From IMG/VR virus record IMGVR_UViG_3300016665_000124: 42,576 nucleotides of DNA; one strand, given 5' to 3'. The position numbers and the translations under genes are program-made. This stretch comes from a virus. The notes under the pieces were generated by a model. The model worked only from the letters and a program-made list of their open reading frames with translations, had not been told where the DNA came from and ran no database searches. This document shows, piece by piece, positions 33,746-41,544 of the stretch (position 1 is its first letter; the number at the start of each line of letters is the position of its first letter).

Positions 33746-34174
33746 ATGGAGATAGCCCCATGCCCTAAGTGCGGGCAAGAATCGCCGTTCAAGCTCAGAC
33801 CAGACACGCAGCACCATGGCGAGATTCGCTGCCCTACACATGGGCATCTGTGGATTTCAAAACCGACTGAACTAAAGACTCCACGTCGCAAGATTAATCG
33901 CGAGTTATTTGAGCTGGTGCCTGGCGATATGCAAGAGTTTTGCTGGACATGCTTAAGGCATCGTGACTTATTGAAAACGATTAGGCCGTCAGTGTCACTG
34001 CAGGCACATCATATTTTTGAAGCGCAACATGGCGGTATAGATCATCGCGACAACGTTCAAATTCTTTGTGATGAATGCCATGCTGCCGTACATCGAACAC
34101 GTGGGCAGTTGCATCGTTATGACTCAATCTCTAATTTTCAAGCATTTGTACGGCACGAACGACTTACGCGATGA
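33746..34174 (+). CDS. HNH endonuclease with an N-terminal zinc ribbon, first gene of the rightward arm
   Basis: CPKCG...CPTHGH, then CWTC...LQAHHIFEAQHGGIDHRDNVQILCDECHAAVH (HNH motif). Confidence 0.8.
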   Translation: MEIAPCPKCGQESPFKLRPDTQHHGEIRCPTHGHLWISKPTELKTPRRKINRELFELVPGDMQEFCWTCLRHRDLLKTIRPSVSLQAHHIFEAQHGGIDHRDNVQILCDECHAAVHRTRGQLHRYDSISNFQAFVRHERLTR

Positions 34175-34428
34175 CCACCACCATCAGCATTCGCCGCTTA
34201 CTTGAGCTGCGCATTAGCCATGGCGATCAATTGGCATTGGATTATCTGAGCCTTGCAGCATTGCTGCGCTATGCGCCTGGCGTGGCGTGCGTACAGCAGT
34301 TGCAGCAGAACTGGAATGTCAGCCAATCAAGCGTGAGCCGTCGAGTAGCGCACCTGGCGACGGCAGGATTGATTGAGGTGACCAATGGCAGTGGTGCGTA
34401 TCACGTCCATGAATTGAAACTCCTATGA
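34171..34428 (+). CDS. Small winged-helix DNA-binding protein
   Basis: 85 aa. NVSQSSVSRRVAHLATAGLIEV is a recognition-helix plus wing pattern. ATGA overlaps at both ends. Confidence 0.6.
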   Translation: MTTTISIRRLLELRISHGDQLALDYLSLAALLRYAPGVACVQQLQQNWNVSQSSVSRRVAHLATAGLIEVTNGSGAYHVHELKLL

Positions 34429-35777
34429 ACCTCCGCCCATACCAGCAGCAGCTGGTGACTGACATCCGCCTGCAGTACCAGCTGGGTCATAGGCGTGTGC
34501 TGGCGGTGCTGCCGACCGGCGGGGGCAAGACCGTGATTTTCAGCCACATCGCCCAATCCGCCGCGCGCAAGGGCAACCGCGTCTGCATCTTGGTGCATCG
34601 GCAGGAGCTGCTGGATCAAGCCAGCCGCAACCTGCAGGCGATGGGTGTTGCGCATGGCCGCATCCAGGCTGGCCGCGGCATGGACCTAAGCCATGCGGTG
34701 CAGGTAGCAAGTGTCGGCACTATCGCGCGGCGGCTGCACCTACTGCCGCGTGACTTCCTGCAGCTGATCGTGGTCGATGAGGCCCACCACACCACGGCCG
34801 GCACATGGTCAAAGGTGGTGGAGCACTTTGCATCCGCGCACCTGCTGGGTGTGACGGCAACGCCGATCAGAGGTGACGGCCGCGGCCTTGGTGAGCACTA
34901 CCAGTCCATGGTGCTGGGGCCCAGCGCCGCATGGCTGACAGACCATGGATTCCTGGCCCAGGCCAAAGTGCTGGCACCACCTGGCTTCAATGGCGCCGGC
35001 CTGCGCAAGCGGATGGGTGACTACGACACCAAGCAAGCCGAGCAGCGCGTCACGGAGATCCATGGCGACTGCTACAGCCACTACTGCAGGCACCTGAGTG
35101 GCCAGACGGCGATCGCGTTCTGTTGCTCAGTGGCCCATGCCGAGGCTGTGGCGGACCTGTTCCGGCGGCAGGGCATTGCTGCTGCGAGCATTGACGGCAG
35201 CATGGATGGCCCAACACGTCGCGGCCTGCTGGAGGACCTCGGCGCCGGGCGGCTCAAGGTGCTGACCAGCTGTGCGTTGATCGGCGAAGGCGTTGACGTG
35301 CCATCTGTTGGTGGCTGCATCCTGCTGCGGCCCACGCAGTCGGTTGCCCTGCACCTGCAGATGATCGGCCGATGCCTGAGGCCCAGTGGCGACAAGGTGG
35401 CGGTTGTGCTTGACCATGTCGGCAACACGTTGCGGCTAGGCCACCACCTGGAGGATCGCGACTGGAGCCTTGATGGCGTGAAGAAGCGCGATCGTGAGGC
35501 AGCACCAAGCGTCAAGGTCTGCCCTAAGTGTTTCGCCACTGCTGCCAGCACCGCCCAGGCCTGCCGCGAATGCGGACATCAATTCCGTGCTGAGGTGCGT
35601 GAGCTGAAGGTGGTTGAAGGCGAGTTGCAGGAGGTCGGATTCCGCAGCCGCTACCGCGAGCAGGGCAAAGCCCAGAGCCTGCAGGACTTGATCCACCTAG
35701 GCCAGAGCCGTGGCTACAAGAACCCGGTAGGTTGGGCGAAACACGTCCTTTATGCCCGGAGCCTCAAAGGCAACTGA
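34425..35777 (+). CDS. SF2 DEAD/DEAH-box helicase with a C-terminal zinc ribbon
   Basis: Walker A LPTGGGKT, DEAH box VVDEAHH, TATP (motif III), and a later CPKCF...CRECGH. Confidence 0.85.
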   Translation: MNLRPYQQQLVTDIRLQYQLGHRRVLAVLPTGGGKTVIFSHIAQSAARKGNRVCILVHRQELLDQASRNLQAMGVAHGRIQAGRGMDLSHAVQVASVGTIARRLHLLPRDFLQLIVVDEAHHTTAGTWSKVVEHFASAHLLGVTATPIRGDGRGLGEHYQSMVLGPSAAWLTDHGFLAQAKVLAPPGFNGAGLRKRMGDYDTKQAEQRVTEIHGDCYSHYCRHLSGQTAIAFCCSVAHAEAVADLFRRQGIAAASIDGSMDGPTRRGLLEDLGAGRLKVLTSCALIGEGVDVPSVGGCILLRPTQSVALHLQMIGRCLRPSGDKVAVVLDHVGNTLRLGHHLEDRDWSLDGVKKRDREAAPSVKVCPKCFATAASTAQACRECGHQFRAEVRELKVVEGELQEVGFRSRYREQGKAQSLQDLIHLGQSRGYKNPVGWAKHVLYARSLKGN

Positions 35778-36111
35778 GCAACAAATCCAGCAGCACATCC
35801 GCCTGGCCTGCAGCAACGGACCGGTGCGCCTGTTCCGCAACAACACCGGCACGCTTCGGGACCAGCACGGCCGGCCTGTGACGTTCGGCTTGGCCAAGGG
35901 CAGCGCCGACCTGATCGGCTGGACCACGCGCACGATCACACCCGAGATGGTGGGCCAGCAGGTGGCGGTCTTCACCAGCATCGAGGTCAAGAGCGCCACG
36001 GGTCGCATCAGGTCCGAGCAGCAGCAATGGCTGGAGGCGGTGCAGGCCGCTGGTGGAATCGCTGGAGTGGCGCGCAGCGTGGAGGATGCCAGAGAATGTG
36101 TCGGTTTGTGA
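35752..36111 (+). CDS. VRR-NUC domain nuclease
   Basis: GSADLIGW...IEVKSATGRIRSEQQQWLEAVQAAGG matches the PD-(D/E)XK VRR-NUC pattern. Pairing with an SF2 helicase is typical. Confidence 0.75.
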   Translation: MPGASKATEQQIQQHIRLACSNGPVRLFRNNTGTLRDQHGRPVTFGLAKGSADLIGWTTRTITPEMVGQQVAVFTSIEVKSATGRIRSEQQQWLEAVQAAGGIAGVARSVEDARECVGL

Positions 36112-36189
36112 CAGGCACATGCGAGTGATCCATGGTGCACGCATACTGGGTGCATGGGCAGCGATGCCCACTACCCCGAACCTAGAAAC

Positions 36190-36330
36190 ATGAAACTGTC
36201 TGAAAAGCTTGCCGAGCTGATTGCCCAGCTTGAAGAATCTGATCGCCGCTTCCGCCAGGAAGTGGATGGCCTGATCAAGGCCGCTGATCAGATTATTGAA
36301 ACGGTAGATCGAATGATTGAGGAAGACTAA
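36190..36330 (+). CDS. 46-aa coiled-coil micro-protein
   Basis: Hand-translated MKLSEKLAELIAQLEESDRRFRQEVDGLIKAADQIIETVDRMIEED. A strong terminator follows 6 nt downstream. Confidence 0.45.
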   Translation: MKLSEKLAELIAQLEESDRRFRQEVDGLIKAADQIIETVDRMIEED

Positions 36331-36336
36331 TCCACC

Positions 36337-36358
36337 GGGGCCCTGCGGGGCCCCTTTT
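36337..36358 (+). terminator. Rho-independent terminator
   Basis: GGGGCCC-tgcg-GGGCCCC forms a 7-bp all-GC stem with a 4-nt loop, followed by TTTT (36355-36358). Confidence 0.7.
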
Positions 36359-36368
36359 ATATATTGAC

Positions 36369-36575
36369 ATGACTGCTTCTGCCATGCGCCGCCTGCGCCT
36401 GCGCCGCGCCGGCCTGCTGCCTGCCCTACCGGACTGCCCCACCTGCGGCTGCCACGTGCGCAGCTCCAGGACGGCGCCGCTCTGCTCGCGCTGCTGGCGG
36501 CTGTCGCCTGCAGGACGCGAGTGGAACCGCCAGCGGATGGCGGCGCGACGCGTCCGAGAGTGTGAAGACATGTGA
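36369..36575 (+). CDS. Arg-rich zinc-ribbon-like small protein
   Basis: 68 aa with CPTCGC...CSRC. Confidence 0.4.
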   Translation: MTASAMRRLRLRRAGLLPALPDCPTCGCHVRSSRTAPLCSRCWRLSPAGREWNRQRMAARRVRECEDM

Positions 36576-36734
36576 ACACCCCTTGCACGGTGCCGGCTCC
36601 ATAGGGCACACTGAAGGGACGAGGGAGACGCCATGCCACCTCGCTAAATCCGGCAGACCGCGGGAACAGCTACACGACCGCGTTACCCAGACGAAGCCGA
36701 GGGGGTGCAAGGCCCCCAACCAACCCACCTCCCT

Positions 36735-36917
36735 ATGACACCCGACGAAATCAACGCCACCTTGATGACCGCTTGTCGGTTTGGCGGTGGCTTTATTGCA
36801 CGGCTCGCTGAGGCTGGCCTGCACGCTGATCCGAACAATCGGCAGCGTCTTCTGATTGCTTTCCCTGAGTTAATTGATGACTACGGCCCAACCACAACCT
36901 TCTATCTCAAACGCTGA
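36735..36917 (+). CDS. Hypothetical protein
   Basis: ATGAC start (MTPDEINATLMTACRFGGGFIARLAEAGLHADPNNRQRLLIAFPEL...). The track ORF starts earlier on a GTG. Confidence 0.5.
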   Translation: MTPDEINATLMTACRFGGGFIARLAEAGLHADPNNRQRLLIAFPELIDDYGPTTTFYLKR

Positions 36918-37695
36918 TTATCACGCTGATCCAGCAGTCAGCGCATCTCATCTCAAGGCCATCAGCATCAGCCCATTGCACTACTGGGCGCGATACGTCG
37001 ATCCAGATCGCATCACGCCAGAGCCGACGCCTGCCATGCGCTTGGGCAGCATGGTCCATTGCACCGTGCTGGAGCCGCATGAGCTGCCGCATCGGTACCT
37101 GCGTGTGCCTGATGGCATCGACCGTCGCACCAAGGACGGCAAGGCCGCATGGGCTGAGCTAGAGGCCAGCGGCAAGGAGCTGATCAAGGCCGCCGACTGG
37201 GATATGGCCATGGCCATGGCTGAAGCCTGCTGGCGGCATCCTGCAGCGGGCAAACTGCTGCGGCAGCCAGATGGCCTAGCCGAGCTGTCGTTCTGGTGGT
37301 CTGATGGTGATCTGCGCTGCAAGTGCCGACCAGACCTGCTGGCTAGTGATGTGATCGTTGATCTCAAGACGACCACCGATGCCAGCCCTGCAGCTTTCGC
37401 TCGTGCTGTGGTCGGCTTCGGCTACCACCTGCAGGCTGCTCATTACCTCGCCGGCACTGGCGCTGCACGGTTTGTCTTCCTTGCTGTCGAGAAGGCGCCG
37501 CCCTATGCGGTGGCTGTCTATGAGTTGGATGCAGCAGCACTTGCCACTGGCGAGCAGCTGCGGCAAGAGGCCATGCACATAATCCGCCAATGCCGCCAGG
37601 CTGACCACTGGCCTGGCTACAGCGATGACTGCCAAACCCTCAGCCTGCCTAAGTGGGCAGTGCCAACTGACTTGATTACTCCTGACCAATTCTGA
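36874..37695 (+). CDS. PD-(D/E)XK exonuclease (RecE / exonuclease VIII C-terminal-like)
   Basis: ISNADYHADPAVSASHLKAISISPLHYW, CRPDLL...VIVDLKTT and YHLQAAHY motifs, with a RecT-like gene immediately downstream. Confidence 0.75.
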   Translation: MMTTAQPQPSISNADYHADPAVSASHLKAISISPLHYWARYVDPDRITPEPTPAMRLGSMVHCTVLEPHELPHRYLRVPDGIDRRTKDGKAAWAELEASGKELIKAADWDMAMAMAEACWRHPAAGKLLRQPDGLAELSFWWSDGDLRCKCRPDLLASDVIVDLKTTTDASPAAFARAVVGFGYHLQAAHYLAGTGAARFVFLAVEKAPPYAVAVYELDAAALATGEQLRQEAMHIIRQCRQADHWPGYSDDCQTLSLPKWAVPTDLITPDQF

Positions 37696-38453
37696 TGACC
37701 TCAGCACTTGCGCTCTGGACGCCAGAGCAAACCCAACTGATCAGCAGCACCATTGCACCGGGCTGCAGCAATGACGAGCTGCGGCTATTTGCCTACGCGT
37801 GCCAACGCACCGGGCTGGATCCGTTCAGCAAGCAAATCTACGCCATCAAACGTGGCGGCAAGATGACCATCCAGGCCGGCATCGACGGCCTTCGCAGCAT
37901 CGCTGAACGCACAGGCCAGCTTGATGGCTCTGAAACGTACTGGTGCGGGGAGGATGGCGTCTGGGCTGACGTATGGCTCGGCAGCAAGCCACCCGCCGCG
38001 GCCAAAACCATCATCCACCGTAAAGGCAGTAGCCATCCGTTCGTCGGCGTGGCCCGGTTTGCGGACTACAACGCCGGCCAGGGCCTCTGGTCCAAGATGC
38101 CGGCGGCCATGATCGCCAAGTGCTCCGAAAGCCTGGCACTGCGCAAGGCTTTCCCTGCTGATCTCAGCGGTGTCTACAGCACAGATGAGATGCAGCAGGC
38201 TGAGGTGGAGCCGGTGACGGTTACCGCTGAGCCTGCACCTGCACTCACAGGCCCCAGCAAGACGTTTGTCGCTGGTCAAGGTGCGGTCGCCAAGATCAAG
38301 ACCATGGATGACCTGGCCCGCGTGCAATCGCGCCTGCAGGCTCGCGTGGATTCTGGTGACCTAACGACCACCGAGCACGAAGAGCTGCAGATCCTGCTGC
38401 TCAACAAAGAAGCCGACCTGATCAAGGCTGATTCCGATCCCTTCGAAGACTGA
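37695..38453 (+). CDS. recT: RecT/Bet-family single-strand annealing protein
   Basis: LDPFSKQIYAIKRGGKMTIQAGIDGLRSIAERTGQ and KCSESLALRKAFPADLSGVYSTDEM blocks. Confidence 0.8.
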   Translation: MTSALALWTPEQTQLISSTIAPGCSNDELRLFAYACQRTGLDPFSKQIYAIKRGGKMTIQAGIDGLRSIAERTGQLDGSETYWCGEDGVWADVWLGSKPPAAAKTIIHRKGSSHPFVGVARFADYNAGQGLWSKMPAAMIAKCSESLALRKAFPADLSGVYSTDEMQQAEVEPVTVTAEPAPALTGPSKTFVAGQGAVAKIKTMDDLARVQSRLQARVDSGDLTTTEHEELQILLLNKEADLIKADSDPFED

Positions 38454-38456
38454 TTC

Positions 38457-38810
38457 ATGTCTCTTTATGCAACCGGCGTAGTTCGCATCATCAGCGACCT
38501 ACAGATGAAAACCTTCGATAGCGGCGCCATGGTCTGCAACTTTGCAGCCGGCATCCAAGAAGGCAAAGACAAAAATGGCGACTACATCAATAACGTGATT
38601 GATGTAGAGGTTTGGAACAAAGCCGCTGAGGTGATCTACGGCAAACTGAAGAAAGGAGACTGCCTTCTGCTTAGCGGCAACATCCGTCGCCAGGACTGGA
38701 TCGATAAAGAAACTGGCAAGAAGCGATCAAAGCATCTGCTGTCCGCTAGCCGGTTTGAGTTCCTGCCGCGTGCAGCTGGCGAAACCTCGTCACCCATGGA
38801 TGACTTCTAG
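38457..38810 (+). CDS. ssb: Single-stranded DNA-binding protein
   Basis: 117 aa, OB-fold-like pattern (VEVWNKAAEVIYGKLKKGDCLLLSGNIRRQDW), and an acidic C-terminal tip PMDDF. Confidence 0.75.
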   Translation: MSLYATGVVRIISDLQMKTFDSGAMVCNFAAGIQEGKDKNGDYINNVIDVEVWNKAAEVIYGKLKKGDCLLLSGNIRRQDWIDKETGKKRSKHLLSASRFEFLPRAAGETSSPMDDF

Positions 38811-38910
38811 AGGTCCATCAGCAACAGCTCAAGCCGCGCGATCTCATTAATCGCAGCTTGAATCATCTCCTGCTGTCGGTACGTTTGCCGTAGCAGGATT
38901 GCTGCAGCCT

Positions 38911-38943
38911 TGCCGGCATTAGGGTCCTTCTCTAATGCCGGCA
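38911..38943. promoter_or_regulatory. Perfect 12-bp inverted repeat TGCCGGCATTAG-(9 nt)-CTAATGCCGGCA
   Basis: Seen directly, about 100 nt downstream of ssb, followed by TTCTTCC. May be a terminator-like hairpin or a protein-binding site. Confidence 0.6.
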
Positions 38944-39039
38944 TTCTTCCTCAATCTTGAACAACCGTTCTGGTGGAATGTCAACCATCAACCAATCGCC
39001 CATTTTCATTGCGTTATCGCAAGTCATCTCAGTCTGCCT

Positions 39040-39288
39040 ATGGAATGCCCAAGCTGCCAGAACCGATGGATCAAGGTTGTAGAAACCAATACCCGCGAAC
39101 GCGATTACATCGCCCGCAAACGCCAGTGTGCCGCCTGCGATCACACCTGGTTCACCGTGGAGCAGATCGTCAGCCCTGACTCAATCACCTGGCGCAGGGC
39201 CGGCGGCACTGGCGGAAGGCCAGTGTTACGAAAAACAACAGCACCGCCCGACGTGCCCGAGATACCTGGCACCATTGAGCACAGCTGA
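39040..39288 (+). CDS. Four-cysteine zinc-ribbon protein, paralog of the 1435/1498 ORF
   Basis: MECPSCQNRWIKVVETNTRERDYIARKRQCAACDHTWFTVEQ. The track ORF starts at 38935, but that N-terminal extension looks non-coding. Confidence 0.6.
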   Translation: MECPSCQNRWIKVVETNTRERDYIARKRQCAACDHTWFTVEQIVSPDSITWRRAGGTGGRPVLRKTTAPPDVPEIPGTIEHS

Positions 39289-39322
39289 GCAGGACCGCTC
39301 AGCGCCACACCACACCCCAACC

Positions 39323-39559
39323 ATGGAACTACTTACTTCTGACTGGGCACCACACATCGAGAAGGCCGTGCGCGCCATCGCTGCTGTGGTCGTCGCCGTC
39401 TATGTCGCCGGGCTCATTACCGGCACCTTCGTCCACTGGGTCAATGACTGCATCGCAGGAAAACAAGAGTGGGCAGTGCCCACCCTTGTGATCAGCCCTA
39501 CACCCGCTTCCGCAATCCAGAAGCCCCTCAAGGCTAAGGCCCGAGGATTCAAGTCATGA
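39323..39559 (+). CDS. 78-aa single-pass membrane protein
   Basis: The internal ATG gives MELLTSDW...AIAAVVVAVYVAGLITGTFV..., with a basic C-terminus and ATGA coupling downstream. Confidence 0.5.
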   Translation: MELLTSDWAPHIEKAVRAIAAVVVAVYVAGLITGTFVHWVNDCIAGKQEWAVPTLVISPTPASAIQKPLKAKARGFKS

Positions 39560-39657
39560 GGATCATCGGCTTCCTGCTGCCAGTGCTGCTTGTCGCTGGC
39601 CTCGTGGTCCACAGTGCAGACCGCTGCATTCCAACCCATCAAAACGCCTGCCGATGA
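39556..39657 (+). CDS. 33-aa membrane or signal-like micro-protein
   Basis: Hand-translated MRIIGFLLPVLLVAGLVVHSADRCIPTHQNACR, with ATGA overlaps at both ends. Confidence 0.4.
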   Translation: MRIIGFLLPVLLVAGLVVHSADRCIPTHQNACR

Positions 39658-39968
39658 AACGCCTACTTCTTGCCTTGCTCCTGCTTGCTGCACCTGCCAG
39701 CGCTAGGCCTGTTACCGCCACCGTCTATGACGGCTGGTATCACGGCCGTGTTGCCTACTGCGGCGGCACCTATCGCCACTGGGGAATCAGCGCGGCTCAT
39801 CCATGGCTGCCATGCGGCACCAGGGTTCGCGTGAGCCATCGCGGTAGGTCGCTCACTGTGCCGATCACAGACCGCTGCGACTGCTCATCCATTGACCTAT
39901 CCGCTGGTGCGGCCTATCGCCTTGGCGTGCCGCTTGACGGCATTGCTCGCGTATGGATCTCGTATTGA
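39654..39968 (+). CDS. Secreted RlpA-like double-psi beta-barrel (DPBB) protein
   Basis: Signal peptide MKRLLLALLLLAAPASA, then ATVYDGWYHGR..YCGG....ISAAHPWLPCGTRVRVSHRGRSLTVPITDRC....IDLSAGAAYRLG matches the RlpA/DPBB pattern. Confidence 0.65.
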   Translation: MKRLLLALLLLAAPASARPVTATVYDGWYHGRVAYCGGTYRHWGISAAHPWLPCGTRVRVSHRGRSLTVPITDRCDCSSIDLSAGAAYRLGVPLDGIARVWISY

Positions 39969-39971
39969 GCC

Positions 39972-40145
39972 ATGGCACTACCTGCTGACTACACGCGTTG
40001 CATGGGCCTCAGGCCCGAATGCCCACAACGCAATGACTGCGCCAGGTTGCGCGACATCCCCGATAGCTACGTCATCAGCTGGGTGCACAACATGAACCCA
40101 GACCACAGCCAGCCCTGCCCCTGCTTCATCCCGTGGAAGCCATGA
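39972..40145 (+). CDS. 57-aa Cys-rich protein
   Basis: Hand-translated MALPADYTRCMGLRPECPQRNDCARLRDIPDSYVISWVHNMNPDHSQPCPCFIPWKP, ATGA-coupled downstream. Confidence 0.45.
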   Translation: MALPADYTRCMGLRPECPQRNDCARLRDIPDSYVISWVHNMNPDHSQPCPCFIPWKP

Positions 40146-40318
40146 AGATCCGCATTGCCATTGCCACCAACCCGCAAGGCGGGGAATGGGTGGCCTATCG
40201 CACCTGGAACGAAAGCCCATGCCGTGCTGCCCAGGCCGCCCTAGAAACCCTGCAGGAGACCGTCGCTGATCCTGAGTGCGCTGCACCGGTGCTGCGATGG
40301 GTGGAGGTGGAGGTATGA
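40142..40318 (+). CDS. 58-aa hypothetical protein
   Basis: ATG inside track ORF 40133..40318 (MKIRIAIATNPQGGEWVAYRTW...), with ATGA overlaps at both ends. Confidence 0.45.
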   Translation: MKIRIAIATNPQGGEWVAYRTWNESPCRAAQAALETLQETVADPECAAPVLRWVEVEV

Positions 40319-40695
40319 ACCATCCCATCACCCCTCCGCCGGAGTTGGTGGAAGAATGGATTGCCCAGGTCTGGCATGAAGGCACCCCTGTGCGAGTGGG
40401 TGCCAGTGACATTCACATCGCCACCCAGGCCGCTCGCTGGGGGGCTGACCAGGAGCTGGAGGCGTGCTGTGAGTGGCTCGTAAAAGAAGGCTGGTTCCGA
40501 TACGAACACGAAGCAGTGCAAGAACTCCGCGCCGCCCGCCGCCCCAAGCCACCGAGCTTGGCAGAGCAAGGGCTAGCAGCACTTGATCGTCTTAGTAGCG
40601 GATCACTATCACTATGCACCAATCCCGTCACTGATACGCACACCATCCGCGCCGCCCTTGAGCGGCTGCAAGAGCTGGAACAAAGCAATGACTAA
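40315..40695 (+). CDS. Hypothetical protein carrying the shared C-terminal module AARRPKPPSLAE...IRAALERLQELEQ
   Basis: GGAGGTGGAGGT lies upstream of the ATG. The C-terminal ~45 aa parallels the 41541 ORF and includes a 36-nt identical DNA block. Confidence 0.6.
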   Translation: MNHPITPPPELVEEWIAQVWHEGTPVRVGASDIHIATQAARWGADQELEACCEWLVKEGWFRYEHEAVQELRAARRPKPPSLAEQGLAALDRLSSGSLSLCTNPVTDTHTIRAALERLQELEQSND

Positions 40696-40867
40696 AGAGT
40701 CAGGAAAGACTTTCTTTTGGGCACCAAAGACAAAGGTCATTTGCCAAAAGCACGGTACCCACACCCACACGATCCAAAGCACTATCCAAGGACATGAGGG
40801 CTACTGGTGCATGATCTGTGCACTGGAAAAGCTCGGAGAACCACTACCAACAACCAATGATGACTGA
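40688..40867 (+). CDS. 59-aa putative zinc-binding protein
   Basis: MTKESGKTFFWAPKTKVICQKHGTHTHTIQSTIQGHEGYWCMICALEKLG has a C..H...C..C pattern. Confidence 0.4.
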   Translation: MTKESGKTFFWAPKTKVICQKHGTHTHTIQSTIQGHEGYWCMICALEKLGEPLPTTNDD

Positions 40868-41045
40868 CTTCTACATCGACTCAGACACTGGCCGCATTGG
40901 TCAGTTCTGGTGGGTCAACTCCAACAACGTTGACCGCCTATGGATGGGCGACATATCCCCTTGGGTCATGAAGTGGTGCATCCGCTGGGGCACCTTTGGC
41001 TTTGGCCGCAAGGTTCGCATTTACATGGAGCCTATTAATGACTGA
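40857..41045 (+). CDS. Trp-rich hypothetical protein (MMTDF start)
   Basis: 62 aa from the internal ATG of the track ORF. It overlaps the upstream stop. Confidence 0.4.
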   Translation: MMTDFYIDSDTGRIGQFWWVNSNNVDRLWMGDISPWVMKWCIRWGTFGFGRKVRIYMEPIND

Positions 41046-41115
41046 TTTCCAATCAACACTTCTATTTGCAGTTGCTTGTTTAATTATCACAGCCTGGTTT
41101 TTTAAGCATGACTAA
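41038..41115 (+). CDS. 25-aa hydrophobic micro-ORF (MTDF start)
   Basis: Hand-translated MTDFQSTLLFAVACLIITAWFFKHD, with 8-nt overlaps at both ends. Confidence 0.3.
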   Translation: MTDFQSTLLFAVACLIITAWFFKHD

Positions 41116-41335
41116 CGCCAGCCGTGAACTGCTTTCACAAATTATCGCTGCCTTCGGTGGCGTTGCGATTGTTGTCATTATCGCAATCACTTTCACAATG
41201 ACTTCCAAAGATTACTCTCGAACAACCACAATCCAAAAACTCTATAAGGTGAATTTGGAATGCCGCCAAACTGCAAGTGCAGTAGGACGTAACGCTGATA
41301 ATGTTTGTGGACCCGTTCCGAGAAATTTTCAATGA
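41108..41335 (+). CDS. 75-aa membrane protein
   Basis: TM segment IIAAFGGVAIVVIIAITFTM, ATGA-coupled downstream. Confidence 0.5.
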   Translation: MTNASRELLSQIIAAFGGVAIVVIIAITFTMTSKDYSRTTTIQKLYKVNLECRQTASAVGRNADNVCGPVPRNFQ

Positions 41336-41544
41336 CTGAACTTTCGTCCCAAGCCCAGGCAGTGTTGGACGCCGCATATGAAGAAATTGATTATGTCCCA
41401 CAAAGACATGTTCGCTGGGCTGCCGCCGCCGCCCTGCGTGCTGCTGCACGCCAACTGCGTGAGGCGTACGTCAATGAAACATACGTCGAGCCTGCTGATG
41501 ACTGGCTTGATTCCATCGCCGACGAACTGGAGAACGCACAATGA
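41332..41544 (+). CDS. Hypothetical protein, paralog of the 1124 ORF
   Basis: MTELSSQAQAVLDAAYEE...WAAAAALRAAARQLRE, ending ...ELENAQ like the 55 ORF (...KENAQ). Confidence 0.55.
   Translation: MTELSSQAQAVLDAAYEEIDYVPQRHVRWAAAAALRAAARQLREAYVNETYVEPADDWLDSIADELENAQ

Noticed and set aside
36364-36369. TTGACA hexamer as a defined promoter for the 36369 ORF
   Set aside because: The hexamer overlaps the ORF's own ATG and no acceptable -10 follows at 16-18 nt. It is mentioned only as context for the terminator finding.
35764-36639. 291-aa minus-strand ORF across the VRR-NUC gene, micro-ORF and terminator region
   Set aside because: It is antisense to motif-supported plus-strand genes and spans an intrinsic terminator. 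Its Arg/Ala/Gly-rich composition indicates a shadow ORF.
36690-36735. tRNA-like T-arm (GGGGG-tgcaagg-CCCCC followed by AACCA)
   Set aside because: I could not find a complementary 5' acceptor strand, or D and anticodon arms at the right distances. I saw no canonical GTTCGAATC-type T-loop anywhere in the window.
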